From: Takakia lepidozioides
Taxonomy: Eukaryota; Plantae; Bryophyta
Reading direction: 5' to 3'
DNA: 64,000 nucleotides
NCBI GenBank assembly: GCA_030704615.1
Contig: CM060733.1
Location: forward strand, 57,660,001-57,724,000
A model generated the notes under the pieces. That model saw only the letters and a program-made list of their open reading frames with translations, had not been told where the DNA came from and searched no databases. Positions 1-12,920 of the stretch are shown piece by piece. How positions within the stretch are numbered: the first letter of the stretch is position 1; each line of letters starts with the position of its first letter. A program made the translations under genes and the position numbers.

Positions 1-3000
1 TACACCCTCTTAGAGTAGCAATGTGGGCAACACTCTTAACTCCCTGCAGGCAAAAGTTGATCACCAGTCCCCAAAAGGTGTTTGAGACAGAATGTCACAA
101 CTAAACAGAGGCATGAGGACTCATGTGTTGGTTGAGAGGAACCTTGTGATTTACAGCAAGAGTTCCCTTGATGGCCTTGCCCCCATAAAAAAGCCGCACC
201 TGTAGCAGTGTTGGATAATCCTGGACAGCAAAAGGACCATTTCACAAAGGAGCATTGTGTGAGCACTCTGAATTGTCAGAACTTCGATTTGGTTTGAAAA
301 TTTGGAAACAAACCCATGTTAGTATAAATCATAAAAATGATCTACAGCGAATGGTATGCCGGGGTACATCATGGCTGATAGTTACAGGGTAAAGATCAAG
401 AACTAGATGACAGATTGTGCATCAGCTCCACACTCTTGGAGTCAACAGGATGGTGCTTTATTTCAGGAGTTCGAAAAGAACAGTCGATAATGGTGAATAG
501 AGTCAGCCTGAACTCATCTACCCCGTTAAATAGCTTAAAGTTTACATACAATGTTGCTACAAGATTTCTTCTTCCAGTTCCTAACGTACCTCTTCCCCAG
601 CAGTGTCATTTGTCATCTGGCCTTTGAAGACAGAAGCAGGGCATTTGCGTGCCAAACATGGCGAGATTTGGCCAGTGCCATCGGTATGGGACATTTTATT
701 CCCTGACTCGTCCAAGGTCTGTCAGGACAACGCCGGTCCCAATCCAAGGGAAAAGACAAGTATAGCTCCAATTAGACAGAGAGCAAGCCGAATATCACCA
801 CACCACAGAATGGAGAGATCGTGAATAACAGTATCATACACATCACACACAAGCTGATTTCAATTCACCCCCAACACAAAGACGGTAACTCTTTGATATG
901 AAGATACAGAGCATACCAAAATAGTTTTGAAATGAACTGCCTTACTGTGCAGAGAATATCGTCGATCATCTTAATGTTGACCTGTGACAAGTCGATGTCT
1001 ACGGACATAGACTTTGATAGCGCAAGTTGCAACCTGGATATGCAAACAGTTGATAGACACCAACAAACACAAAAGCACACCATCAGAAGGGGCACTCACT
1101 GAGACTCAGCAGTTACTAGTTGCTTTTATGGATATCGCTACATGAAAGGCTCTCTGGATATGCACTGGCTCTCAAACATGATATATCATCCTCATACCTT
1201 CATAATCTGCCACATTTGGAAGACATGCAGGATAGGCAACTCAGGTTGGCACTCGCGTCATGCTTACAAATGAAGCAAAGAGAGCTCGTGCAACAAGAAC
1301 TTGAGTTACAGGGGTTTTTGTGAAGTTGCAAGTAGACCATGGGCAAAATGGACAGAACCCGCTACGATTAGTGGAAGGTTGCTTATGCATGCTATTATTG
1401 TGGCACTACTGGATGCAATTGCAACCTAAAAGCCTGTTGTCTTTGGGCTGTCCTGCCCCTTCAATTTTCAGTTTCCTGGCTTGTAGTTCCAAACTGCCCT
1501 TCTGATGATATCAAGTCTTGCAATGTCCATTTGCCTGCTGGGTTTCAACATTGCAGGCCTGGGACTCTCTGATCTTCCCACGGACATTACAAAGTTTCTT
1601 CCTTTTGTTTGTCTGTCTTCTGATCAACACTACTCTTTCCCCCCCTTCTCTGCCTCTGACCAAGTGGAGAAATGAAATGAAATGAAATGGTGCTTTATAA
1701 CGTCCGCAGAAAGCTCATAGAGCTTATGGGACAAAATGGAAGAAAACATGAGAGGAAACAAAACCAGAGCCAAGAATAAAAACTATTGCTCGAGCGATTG
1801 TCTAAGGGAGAAATGAAATGAAATGGTGCTTTATATGGTGTCTAAGGGGGAGAAAGAGTCTATCAGCCACACAGCTACAAAAAGAAATGCATCATAGATG
1901 TGCTGTGATGAAAAGAAAAGCATCATCTAAGATACCAAGATACAGGGTGATATATATTGTGATGCCGACTCTGACCGTCACAAGCACTTCATCTGGACTC
2001 AGATGGCAAATCCCACTTACCTGAGAGAAAATTTGGGCACAGTTGTAACCATGTGAATGTGCATGATGTGACATCGAGCAGCATGTATTCTTAGGAAATA
2101 TTTGAAAGTAGAATCTTCAATGTCAACATCCGCCAAAGACTCGGTACAGATGAAGTAGCACTTGACTGATCTCTCCTTGTCAGAATCTGTCCCATAAAAA
2201 CCAAATACCATGCCTAAACACAGGGCCCTCACAAATAAAGGCCTTTGCCAGGGACTGGGAATGACCCAAGTATCTTCTCTAGATTTTGAAGAAAGTTCAG
2301 AGCACAAGAAACAATGTTCTGTCTCGACCTCATGAGTGGTACGAATCGGACAAATCCTATCCTCTGCAGAGTATCTTATTTAATTTCAATACACTTTAAA
2401 ATGAGGAAAGTGGGCCATGGGAAAATTGACAACTTCAAGAAAACAAGACAAGAACAACGCGACCAGAAAGAGAAATGAAATGAAATGAAACGCAACATTA
2501 TAATGTCTGCTGGAAGCTCAAAGTACTCAAAGAGAAAAAGTAAGGAAGACAAGAACAAAAAAAGAAAAAGTTATTGCATCCACAGAGGGATACAAGCAGA
2601 AAGAGAAACACTTTTAGAGGAGGCCCCACAGGCCCATTGGAGGATGAGAAGAAGAAACTTCAGAATGCCCACAGGCGAGAAATGAAATGAAATGACATGA
2701 AGTGTCTTTCTTTGCCCCTGACCCTGCTGTCTCTTGGCTTGCCAGGATCGTTTAAGTTTTCTGTCTACAAAGATTGATCTGGGGTGTTTCCCCTTTCCAC
2801 ACCAAAGAATATGAGAAAGAGAGAAGTTTAATCCCGAGTGTTTCCCCTGTTCATGAGAGAAAAGAAGTACAGAAAAGTTGAGTACCATCTGCTCCCTTCT
2901 TCCATCTGTTTTCTTCCTTGCCAGTGTCCTTGAATGCTGCTCAAGCACAACCATAACAAAGTCCCCAGAATAAGGGAGATGGCTTAGGTTCAAGTTCCAA

Positions 3001-6000
3001 GCCTCATAAGGTGTCTGTTTTGCTTTACATTCTTTCCTACTTGTCTTCACTACAGAATTTCTTGCAAGACTTCTTGCCCTTTGCCAACTGCCACCAGAAA
3101 AATGCAATGGTCTGTCCACCTCACTTTTGAAGCTGAGAGACTGCTGGGTTCATTACATGTGCAAGGAAGAGTAAAACTGCCAAAATTTAAATGGAGTAGG
3201 CAGGTGTTTACTCCAAAGCCTATATCGACGAAGGCCAACAAGGATGCCACCCTCAACATACTGCTCAATGGAAGATGGCCATTTGGAAAAATACACAGGC
3301 ATGACTCTGTCTTCCCCGAATGTGCGATGCAGCAGGGTGCTTGGCATTGGCGCTGAAATCTGCAATCATCCATGAAACTCACTGATTTTGAAAATGTTGT
3401 CAAAACAACAACAAATAATCATTCCAATTATTCACCATTTATCTTTATTCCTTTGAAAGGAAGAGAAATGAAATGAAATGAAATGATACATTATCCTATC
3501 CTTCGAAAGGAAATGAAATGGAATGAAATGGAATGAAATGGAATGAAATGGAATGAAATGGAATGAAATGGAATGAAATGGAATGAAATGGAATGAAATG
3601 GAATGAAATGGAATGAAATGGAATGAAATGGAATGAAATGGAATGAAATGGAATGAAATGGAATGAAATGGAATGAAATGGAATGAAATGGAATGAAATG
3701 GAATGAAATGGAATGAAATGGAATGAAATGGAATGAAATGGTACTTCACCTGGAACTCACAGGTACCATCACTTTGTACATGACACTCGAAAGACAATGG
3801 CTTGTCATTCTTCACCCAAGCTTTCTACAAGACAAACACCACATGTCAATCCATCTTTCTATCTCTATCAATGAGTTACGTCCGCAACACTACCAATTCG
3901 CAGTTAAGCTGTCAGGTAGAAGAGACGACTTAAGCCCTTGAAGTGGTAGATGGCCATAGATTGCAAAGCAAATCTGACTTACCAATTCCCAGGACTGAAG
4001 TCCTGAAGTGCAAAGTATGGCGAAAAGGATGCAAAAAATGGGAAGATTTTACCCCTACGCAAATTCTCAAAGCCTGTAAGTAAGCATGTATTATAGCTAG
4101 TAGGACTAGACAAAGAGCAGACATGCCAAAATAAGTGGAAGTCCATAACCGTTCACATTTTCTCTTAATCTATAACACTCTTGATGAATACTCTACTCTC
4201 TCATATCCACTGCCGCTCTTTGGTGAATACACAGACTATGCTTTACCTGTTTACACTCATCGTTACATGAACAATATGCCAGTACTACAACCTTAAAAGG
4301 CATCTCCTTGATACCACAATTGACCCTCTCTAAGCTGCTTGCCATTGGCTGTGTGCAAGCATCATGCAATCTCAGGCTAAGTTTTATAGCCTGGTGGGTT
4401 GACACGAGACCAGCATTCATATCCTGTAGGAATCATGCTCTAAGGGATTCATCATGGGCAACACAGAAAATAAGCGGATCAGTCAGAAGGAATCAACATA
4501 CAAGGCAAAGACAAAGACATACAGTTTATCTTCCCCCTCTCTCCTCTCTCCAACATACAAGAAAAAGGAATCAAGTAAAAACTCTTGGCAGGAGAGTACA
4601 TTCACTGCAGTGTAGTTGGAGGGCAGATGTCTGCGCATTGCATCTTCTTGGGCAACATATTGTGCAACGTCTTCCAAAGGCATCCTTCTAACGTTGTTGA
4701 TCTGCTCCAAGGTCAATTTCCCTCTGCAGGTCCTTGAAACTGGCAGTCAGATTTTCCTGTCCTTCATGTAGCACAGACATAAGCAACCCTCCCCTGTTGG
4801 GGGCACCACTGTCTGGTCATTTTGACCTCTTTTCTTCATCCCATGAGCTCTTTGAGCTTCCCCTATAATCTTTAGTTCGTTCTCTTTCCAGGAGCTATGA
4901 AGGTAAGTCTTACTACCAACGTCAGCCCCTGACAGAGGTAGGTTCTGTCCCTTTTGTTCCCGCTCAAACTGGGCGCGGGGTCAATGGCCACAAGGCTACG
5001 GCAAACAACGTCTTATGAGTACAATCTTTCCAGGAGCCGCTCAAACTGCGCGCGGGGTCAATGGCCACAAGGCTTCTTTCCAGTAGCTGTCATTATTATG
5101 ACTGAGCAGTTTGCAGTGATCTGGGTGTTCTGGTTCTTTGTTCCAGAAGCTCTGCCAGCTTCTGAAGGATGTTTTAGAGTTTCTTTCAAACTGTGTAAGT
5201 TTCAACCTTACCAAGTCAGAAAAGTCACTCCCAAGTCACACTCTCAGTCATCCTTCTACCATCTTCACTCTTCAATCACTGTGGAGCCTGAGGGAAGAGG
5301 CTGAAACTCTTTTGTCTCTCCCTCTCCTCTCTTTCTTTCCTTTCTCACATGAGCTTTATGAGCTTTCCGCAGACGTTATAAAGCACCATTTCATTTCACA
5401 GTAGTTACTTTTGGGCTGCTTTTTGGCTCTGGTTTTGTCTCCTCTCTCTTGTTCTTTTCCATTTGTCCCATCAGCTCTTTGAGCTTTCTGCGGACGTTAT
5501 TAAGTACCATTTCATTTCATTCAATTCCCATGAGCCCTCCTCCTCTGTGGAAGACTATCCTCCCACAGAATACAGAGAAAACCAGCTGTCAGCAAACAAT
5601 CTGATATACTGAGTGATCATGCCAGCCAACATCTGCCCCAAAACTCAGCTTCTAGTGTAACAACTTGACCCATGGACTTGTTACAGAAGTGCATGAACTT
5701 GTCCAGGTGATGCCCTGGAAAAAGAGAAACAACAATAGGCTGGTGACATTTGTTACTCACGCTTTGAGGCAGCTCAGCACTACGAGAGATCTCTTGGATT
5801 CCAGTTGGCCCAGTGCCACATCCGCCTCCGACAATGGTGGCCAGTCAAAGGGTGCCTCATATACATTTGGAAACCTTTCGTCCCAGTCTTTATCCAATGG
5901 CACCAACTTATGCAGTTTCCGCAACTGTTGTTGCGTCAGAGCATTTCCTGAAGTTCCCTGCCTCTCAGAGGAGGTGACCATTGCATGTTGCCTGGTTGAA

Positions 6001-6936
6001 CCCCTCAAGACAGGCCCACCTCTTGATCCTTCTGGATGGCCACCGATTCCAAAATTGAAGGTGAAGTTGGCAAAACCAGCAAGACCATGATGTTGAGGAT
6101 TAAGGTAAACAGCCACCCGGTTGAGCTATAACCCCTCTGTCCTAAATTCGACCTAAATTATCAGCACATTTGGAAGGAAAAACTCTCCAACGTTGGACAT
6201 GATCTATAATAAACTTACAAAATTGATCAGGAACTGAAACAAACTTTCTGTAATACGCTGCAAGTACAGAAATAAGAATCCTTGTTGACAGCAAGCTTAG
6301 TAATATCAATTCACAAGACTTTGCCAATGTACACGTAACAATCCTCGACACATGCTCTCCCCATAAAGCAAGCAGCCTTCCAGTTCCAGCCCAAAGTTTT
6401 CCTCTTTCTTTTCCGAGCCCAGAAGGTAGCCACATCTTACCATCTCCAGATAGGATGGTGTTTCTTGTAGATTGTGGGTCACCGTAATATTTATTCTTTG
6501 AGAAATTGGATGCTCGAGTCCTTCCTCCAAAGCTCGTCTGAGGCCGAACTGCTCGCAACCGGGCTTGTAAGATTTCATCATTATCCTCGGCCGCTGAGGA
6601 CGACGCATAAAAATTTTGTTCATCGGTCCACGCAATCTGAGAACGTATCGTCAACTCAACCCTTGGGTGGATTTTGTCAGGGAACCCATTCCGTGGACTA
6701 TAGGACGCTTCATTCTCACTGTCCCCTTCCACAAATTTTCCATGAGAGTCTTCGAACTCTTCGGCCAATTCCGGTAGCAAGGAGACTGGGCTCGTAAAGC
6801 CCTCTGAACATTCGGAATGCTTCGATGCGGGTGATAAAAATTCGCTAGCTTCTAACGGCTGTGGTGCCTCGACAGAACTGGTGGCTTCATCGGCCCAGCC
6901 GATCGCCCAGGAAACCAGTCTCCCTACGCCCCACAT
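1..6936 (-). CDS. RDR3/4/5: RNA-dependent RNA polymerase, RDR-gamma clade (RDR3/4/5-like), multi-exon; 3' part runs off the window start
   Basis: Exons read in the order expected for plant RDR3/4/5: ALGQLESKRSLVVLSCL (~5761-6125), KLTLEQINNVRRMP (~4503-4723), KPLSFECHVQSDGTCEFQ (3750-3824), LHRTFGEDRV...GGILVGLRRYRLW (~3212-3359), VKCYFICTES...AARCHIMHIH (~2021-2230), RLQLALSKS...IDDILC (946-1033), SHTDGTGQISPCLARKCPASVFKG (590-718), VRLFYGGKAIKGTLAVNHK (143-199). Probable ATG at 6936. The catalytic DxDGD motif is outside the window, and some exon borders are approximate. Confidence 0.88.
1668..1790 (-). mobile_element. Short non-LTR retro-insertion (3' end with (CATTT)n tail) in an RDR intron
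   Basis: Reverse complement matches 5300-5400 and 5405-5525 (...gagctttc(c/t)gc(a/g)gacgttat(a/t)aag(c/t)accatttcatttc). GAAAT runs also occur at ~1810, ~2472, ~2679 and ~3464. Confidence 0.55.
3510..3740. repeat. Perfect 10-bp tandem repeat (GAATGAAATG)x22
   Basis: 22 identical units at 3521-3740, starting about 9 nt into the intron after the RDR donor site at 3749. Confidence 0.98.
4896..5075 (+). mobile_element. 5'-truncated LINE 3' end with 13-bp TSD, followed by a second shorter copy
   Basis: 4896-5027 is nearly identical to 20900-21031. TCTTTCCAGGAGC flanks it at 4883-4895 and 5025-5037. A partial copy at 5038-5075 is followed by TCTTTCCAGTAGC. Confidence 0.8.
5300..5525 (+). mobile_element. 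Two adjacent copies of the (CATTT)n-tailed short retro-insertion
   Basis: Both end in gagctttc..gc.gacgttat.aag.accatttcatttca and are homologous to 1668-1790 and 45688-45740. Confidence 0.55.
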
Positions 6937-7913
6937 CCTGTGACGAATAATTATACCCGAATAAACAGAGAACAGGAAACCGACATAGCTTTCCTAATAA
7001 AACTCCTGTCCAGCTTCGATGGTGGCCCCAAAAAAGCTACCATTTTCAAGAGCTATGTTTCAGAAGCTGGACAGAGCCGTCTGCCAAGATTGGCCTGCCA
7101 ACGGCTATGATCGCCATGATCAAAACCATGAATTGAACTACTTCGGGTCAGCCAGTGGATGCACCTCTGCCGACTCAAGAACCAATTACAGAAAGCCGCT
7201 AACTTCAACCCCTCAAATCCTCACTGAAAATGATCCGTGCAGCAGACTCTACCTCCCCTCTTCACCCCCCTTTCCCACATACAGCTGGGCTCCTCACAAT
7301 CTCAATCTATCCATTGAGAGGAGCGATCTCAGAGCTTGGAACTCTCTCCCTCCTCAGCAACCTCTCAATCTTCACAGGGGAAGAAAATTTGGCTCCACAA
7401 TCTGCTACATGATCTGCTGCAATCCGCCATAGCCAGGGACCTTCAGATCCCCGGGGCACAATTTCCAAGAGAGACGATCGCAGCTCAGGTCCACTCGCTG
7501 CCATCACAACTTTGAATATCGATCCGCAGCCCCGGCGACCCGCTCAATCGAAGCCCTTGCGACGGATGAACCGCGCCCCTAACGATAAATCCAAAGCTCA
7601 CGGATGAATATATGTGCGCCTGGGACACTATGGATGAATGTCTTTCGCTCATCAACCCGCTGCGCTGGTCGGCTACAGTAGGCCTGTTCCCGGTGCCAAC
7701 GCTGTCGCGCTTTTCGAAAGCTGCAAATGCGGCGTTTTTGTACTGGCAAGTGCCGGTCACCTTGTCGAAACCTCGATGTGACCGGATGTATCCGGCTTCC
7801 CGTCGGGCGGCCGCATTGTTTCTATGGCCCCCGCAATCCTCGTTTCATCCACCCCGACAACATCACATTCATTGTGCTTACATGCGTTTTTCATCCCTAG
7901 AGAAGGAGCTTCG

Positions 7914-7917
7914 TCTC

Positions 7918-7950
<33 letters not shown>
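7914..7950. repeat. (CT)n/(GA)n microsatellite upstream of the RDR start
   Basis: CT run with one interruption, about 1 kb upstream of the RDR ATG; consistent with a 5' UTR or promoter GA element. Confidence 0.85.
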
Positions 7951-10894
7951 TCCAATGCGCAGGAGATGCCTTTCTTTTGTTTTTTCCGTCCAAGCCCCCA
8001 ACAGTCTTCTCATTTGGATCATCAAAGAGGCCTGAATGCAATAGATTTAGAGGCTTGAATATGAAGCGATCTATGAAACCGTTGTATGCTTACAGGTTTG
8101 GCTACCTGAATCCAGCAATCCAAGCTCAGAATGGTCTTTGGCCTCATCTACAGAAACGAGGCCCTGTTACTCGAATTAAAAACGTAGAACGAGGAAAAAA
8201 TTACCGCAACACGTTCATAAGGCAAAACAATCATGGGGAATCTCCCAGAAAAGCTACCAAAGGCAGCAAAACCCTGCCATGGTTTACTGTATGAAACAGC
8301 AGCTACGAACCAGGCAAACCAGAAAATCCAGGAATATAAATGTAGGACAAGAGACCACCATCTATGCTTCCTAGGGCAGCAAACACCCTGCCAAACTGAA
8401 AGAGCCAAAACATGGCCGAGTAACCGAAGCAGCAGCAGAGAAAGAGGTCACCGAGTCAGAAGAGGATCGAAAACTGCAACTGAAGACTGAGAATCTAGCG
8501 TTTACATCTAAGAGGCTCGATTTATGGTGTGAAATTAAGGTTCAGTCGTCCCCAGCAGTAACCCCACCTTCTGGTGCCGAAGAAAATGATGTTGAGAAGC
8601 GTTCTTCCTGGAGCTGTGCGTGATCTGCTGAAATTGCCCTACTTGTGTGTGCGTTTGTAACTTAGCTTAAGAGTGTCGAGAAGAACAACCATGGATTGAG
8701 AAAGCGGAGAATTATCTAGGGTTTCGGAGTCGATCCGCCAAAGCAGCTCGAGTTTAAGTGCAACCTGACACCCTCACAGTGGGTCGCCGCCAATGACCTA
8801 ACAATCAAGTTCATCTGAATTCGTTGGCAGCAGAGGCAGGCACTACGGTAGTACGGAGCTTGCAGTGCCTGTTACAACAGATCCGACTCATAAACAGCGC
8901 ACGTAGGGTTTCGATGCTTCATCGTTTTCTCAGCCATAACCTGCATTTTATAAACCTGCTTTTATGCCATGCAGGTCCCCATTAACCCCTAAAGGACTAA
9001 CCCCAATTTTTGGGTCCTCCCCCAAAAAATTGACCCTTCCCCACTAAATAATTTATATCTTGAGATTTCCTCGCCTCTCATTTTACAATATTAGCGTTGT
9101 TACGGCGCACGTGCGAGCTCAGCGGTGGGCCCCGTGCACGGACGCCCGGCTCCCCCCACCCGGCCCTGGCCTGCCGCTCCGCATGGTCGCACAGCCGCCG
9201 CGCCCGGGCCAGATCCACCCGTGCCCGTAGTCAGCCGCGGCCAGTCCGCTGAGCCAGTCCCCCTCATGTCCACTCTGCCAGTCTGGCCGGCCAGTACGCT
9301 GGTGGGCGTTCCCTCAGCAGTCCCCTGCCATCCAGTCCGACGATGACGCCCGATCTGGGCCATCCATTTCAAAACCCATCCGAGCCCTCCCTTTTTAGGG
9401 CCTAAACCCTGCGACCAAATCCGGCGTGTCTCTACTAAGGGCTCCTTGTTGTCCGATGTTGGGTAGGCGTTTCCACGCACGCCCGTCTTCTTTCTTGTGC
9501 ACGAGGGACGTTCATGATGATGAGGGGTGTGCCTAAACATGGCAGGACTGGCGGGGCGGGCTCTACAACCACCATCGTGCATATGCTTCCACTAGTTTTG
9601 TCTGTTTGTTGTGCTTTAGGGAATCTTGGGCTTTCTGGTATGGTTGTATGTCATAAATATGCTACTGCCTTATCTGTCCTCCATATCGTCTTCTCATCCC
9701 TCATGATACGCTTGACGCCCTCATTTTGCATCCGTTCTGAGTGAACACCGTTTTAAATAAATCCGGACTTTTCGCTAAAATCCGGACCAAACTTGATATA
9801 GGACAAAATTGAATTAAATTAAATTAATCAATAATAATGTTTTAAAACAAATATATTTAATCATATTTAATCATTTAACTTAGAAACAAAATCAAAGGGC
9901 TTAAAAAACTGCTGATTATTGAGATTTAAATGTAGCAAAACTTTTAAGAAGTTATCATTATACAAATTGGATGACATATTAGTTATAGTCAATTTAATTG
10001 TCAAGGGGGTCTGGCCTGATACAATTGAGATATCATTATATTTTGTAACATGGTTGATGTTATAGTTCGAGTCAAAGCGTCAATATTGACAAGTCTGATC
10101 ATTAAATTGAAATTTCATTGAATCAGACACTTAGCAAGCATGTGTAGGATTTAGAACAAGAAAAAGTGTCAATGACAAAAAAAAAAAATTCACATGTCGA
10201 TAGGAACTATCAATCAAATATCCTAATCAATCTATTGTATCCCAAAGCAAGAATTGTTTTTCTTCAATGAGGTTCAACATGGATATAAGCTACTACTGAT
10301 ATGATTTACGATAGACATATTTCATGTCATTGAAAAAAAAAAAATGCAAGTTTGTATTTAATAACCTATAAATACTCTCAATCACTATCCCAACCAATCT
10401 ATTGTACTACCCAAAGTTGTATCCTACATCGAGGCAGAAAACTAAATTTAATTGATTCGCTTGAAACATTTGGATTAAGTTTTAGGAAATACTACCCTGG
10501 TTTAGGTCTACAAAAGCTACTTGGATGAAAAACAGATTTGGGATAGAGTATAAAAATAATCAATTGAGGATCTCAATCGTGACTCTAATGCTCTATTCTA
10601 CCCCAAAGCTCGAGAAAACAAATTTGAATGAGCTTCAAACATTAGAACGTGGTTTTTGGGGTAGGGTACTAAGCAAAAAATCCACAAGAACTAAAATTTA
10701 TGGAAGAGTGTATAGGACCTATAAATCATTCAATTAAATGTCCCAACTATGGTTGCAACTATTTAGCAACCTAACCCGTGCACATTGACCACCTAAATAT
10801 GCATATTAAGCTAGCAAGTTAAATTTATTGTTCCTACAATTAACTAGTTAACGCACATTTTTTGAGAGTGTATCTTGACACACATTGTCAACAC

Positions 10895-11140
10895 CAGTGT
10901 TGGTCTAGTATATAGGGGCCAGCCTGGTATCAAGAATGGTATCAACACTGGTATGAAGAACCAGACCAGGCTGGTCTCAAACAGTTGTGATACTCAGGTG
11001 TAAACTAATATACCCCTGGTATGAGATTTTGTAAGATACGGGAAGAGACCAGACCAGCCTGGTAGCACTTTCGGAATACCAGACTTCATACTCGATGCAC
11101 GTTCACCTTCTTCCTTCTTAGCCCGGTATCGGTATCCTGC
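10895..11140 (+). mobile_element. Possible left end of a hAT-like DNA transposon
   Basis: Starts CAGTGTTGG and is followed by dense short GGTAT/ATACC and CCAGACCAG subterminal-type repeats. No partner end or TSD found. Confidence 0.3.
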
Positions 11141-11542
11141 AAACTTAGGGTTCTTAGTAAGCTATGGAGGGTTGTTGCAACTGATTATTGCAATGGCGGC
11201 GTTCATTCATAATGTGTTGGTAGTTGGTATTTAGTAGGCGGGGTTTGTGGCGTCGGCCACGTTTCAATGCTGCCGGCCAAGCATCAACGCAGCTTTCCAC
11301 TTTCTACTCAGGTTTTGTTCTGTGTAACTGACTTAGGTTGCACTGAACTCGTGTTTTGTCTGTGTGTTGTCAAATGAACGATATGTTTAACGCAGCTTTT
11401 GGTAAGGTTTGATCGTTCATCATGGATCCCAACTACTTGCATGTTGAGCATGAGGATTTTTGGGAACCTGATGAGGATGAGGGGACAGACACAGGGTTGG
11501 CAACCGAATCTTTGAGCGAGCACACAGTAAAGACGGCGGTGG

Positions 11543-12673
11543 GTGTGTGACAGGGTGCATGCTTCATTCAACACCCCTACACCACAGTTGCATCATTTAC
11601 CAATCATGGGATTGGGCTACAGGTGGAGTCTTGACTTCGCAGGACCGTTGCCACTGACTATGCGCCACCACAGATATGTGTTGGTGATGGTGGAGCACTT
11701 CTCGAAGTGGATTGAGTTGGTTCCATTGCTTGACAAGGCTAGTGAGGGGGCTGCGTATGCATTCTTGGATCGTGTGCTTAGCCGATTTGGTGCTCCAGCT
11801 GAGGTACTCACGGACCAAGGAAGAGAGTTCTTGGGGGAGTTTCAGGCTTTGTGTGATAAAGCCTTGATAGACCACCGCACCACTTCTCGGGATCATCCTG
11901 AGGCCGATGGCTTAGTAGAGAGAGTTATTCAGACGGTGAAGAGGGGTTTGCGCAAGTATGGCTTGCAGAAGGGACACCTAGGAGATTGGGATCTTCAGGT
12001 TCCTTGGTTAGCCATGGGCTACAGGTTCAGCAAACAAGCATCACTTGCCTCCTTCTCACCATATTTCCTTCTCTTTGGCCGAGAGCCGGATTTGCCTGCA
12101 GCCATTCGTAGGGACACTGCTCAAGTCCTTAACCTTGACGATCCGGACGTGTGGGTACGTGCATGTGATCAGCGTGCAGAGTTGTTCAAGAAAGTCATGC
12201 CCATGGTTTTTGAGAACCTTGCCATTGCACAGCACCGTGATACGTTGAGGTATGCCACTATACGTGGTGGAGGATATCGTCCTGGGGTTCGAAGGTTTAG
12301 CCCTGGTGACTATGTTTATTTGCAGCAGACTGCTCCTACGACTCTGGATGTTACTGCAGGGCGTGTTATTCTGAGGATTCGAGAGGTGTTGCCCTCAGGG
12401 GTCCTGATCTTGGAGGGTCGGGATGGCATGACTTGGAAGGACCATGTGCGTAATTGTGCGCCATGTCACCATCCCAATGTCGATGGCAGAGTTGACCCAA
12501 ACTTGGCAGTGGTACCTGCAGGTTTGAGGTGCATGCTCTGTGGGTCTGCCAAAGGGGCAGCCACCATGCTGGTGTGTGATCGATGCTCAAGGAGTTGGCA
12601 TATGGGATGTTTGACACCACCTCTTGAGAAGGTTCCTGACGGAGATTTGTTGTGTCCACACTGCTTGGGATAG
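11543..12673 (+). CDS. Ty3/Gypsy integrase (5'-truncated) with C-terminal PHD finger
   Basis: rve core WSLDFAGPLP...EVLTDQGREF...HPEADGLVER, SPYFLLFGREP and RFSPGDYVYL, then a C4HC3 PHD (CMLC...LVCDRCSRSWHMGCLTPPL...LLCPHC). The ORF starts inside the HHCC zinc-binding domain. Confidence 0.93.
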   Translation: MCDRVHASFNTPTPQLHHLPIMGLGYRWSLDFAGPLPLTMRHHRYVLVMVEHFSKWIELVPLLDKASEGAAYAFLDRVLSRFGAPAEVLTDQGREFLGEFQALCDKALIDHRTTSRDHPEADGLVERVIQTVKRGLRKYGLQKGHLGDWDLQVPWLAMGYRFSKQASLASFSPYFLLFGREPDLPAAIRRDTAQVLNLDDPDVWVRACDQRAELFKKVMPMVFENLAIAQHRDTLRYATIRGGGYRPGVRRFSPGDYVYLQQTAPTTLDVTAGRVILRIREVLPSGVLILEGRDGMTWKDHVRNCAPCHHPNVDGRVDPNLAVVPAGLRCMLCGSAKGAATMLVCDRCSRSWHMGCLTPPLEKVPDGDLLCPHCLG

Positions 12674-12920
12674 TGGCAGTGGACATGACTGGAGGCAGCT
12701 AACAAGACATGGGAGGCCAAGCTCATAGGATTCAATACATGAGATCCCAAGCTCAAGTTCACAGGTTGCAAGACGGCGACTAACGATGGGGCAACTCTTG
12801 CACCCGGCCTCTTGATCTATCGAGTTTGAGTGTAGTAGGGATAGTGGTGGTGGACTTAGTGAGGCTATGGTCACTATCACATCTTGTGGCTACCTGGACT
12901 TAGAGGGACCTAAGCACCAG

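Noticed and set aside
3432-3749. ORF with FHSISFHFIP repeats
   Set aside because: Read-through from a real RDR exon (3750-3824) into an intronic satellite.
9098-9750. GC-rich block starting TGTTACGG; possible solo LTR or coding region
   Set aside because: No matching CA end with TSD, and the overlapping ORFs have no recognisable motif.
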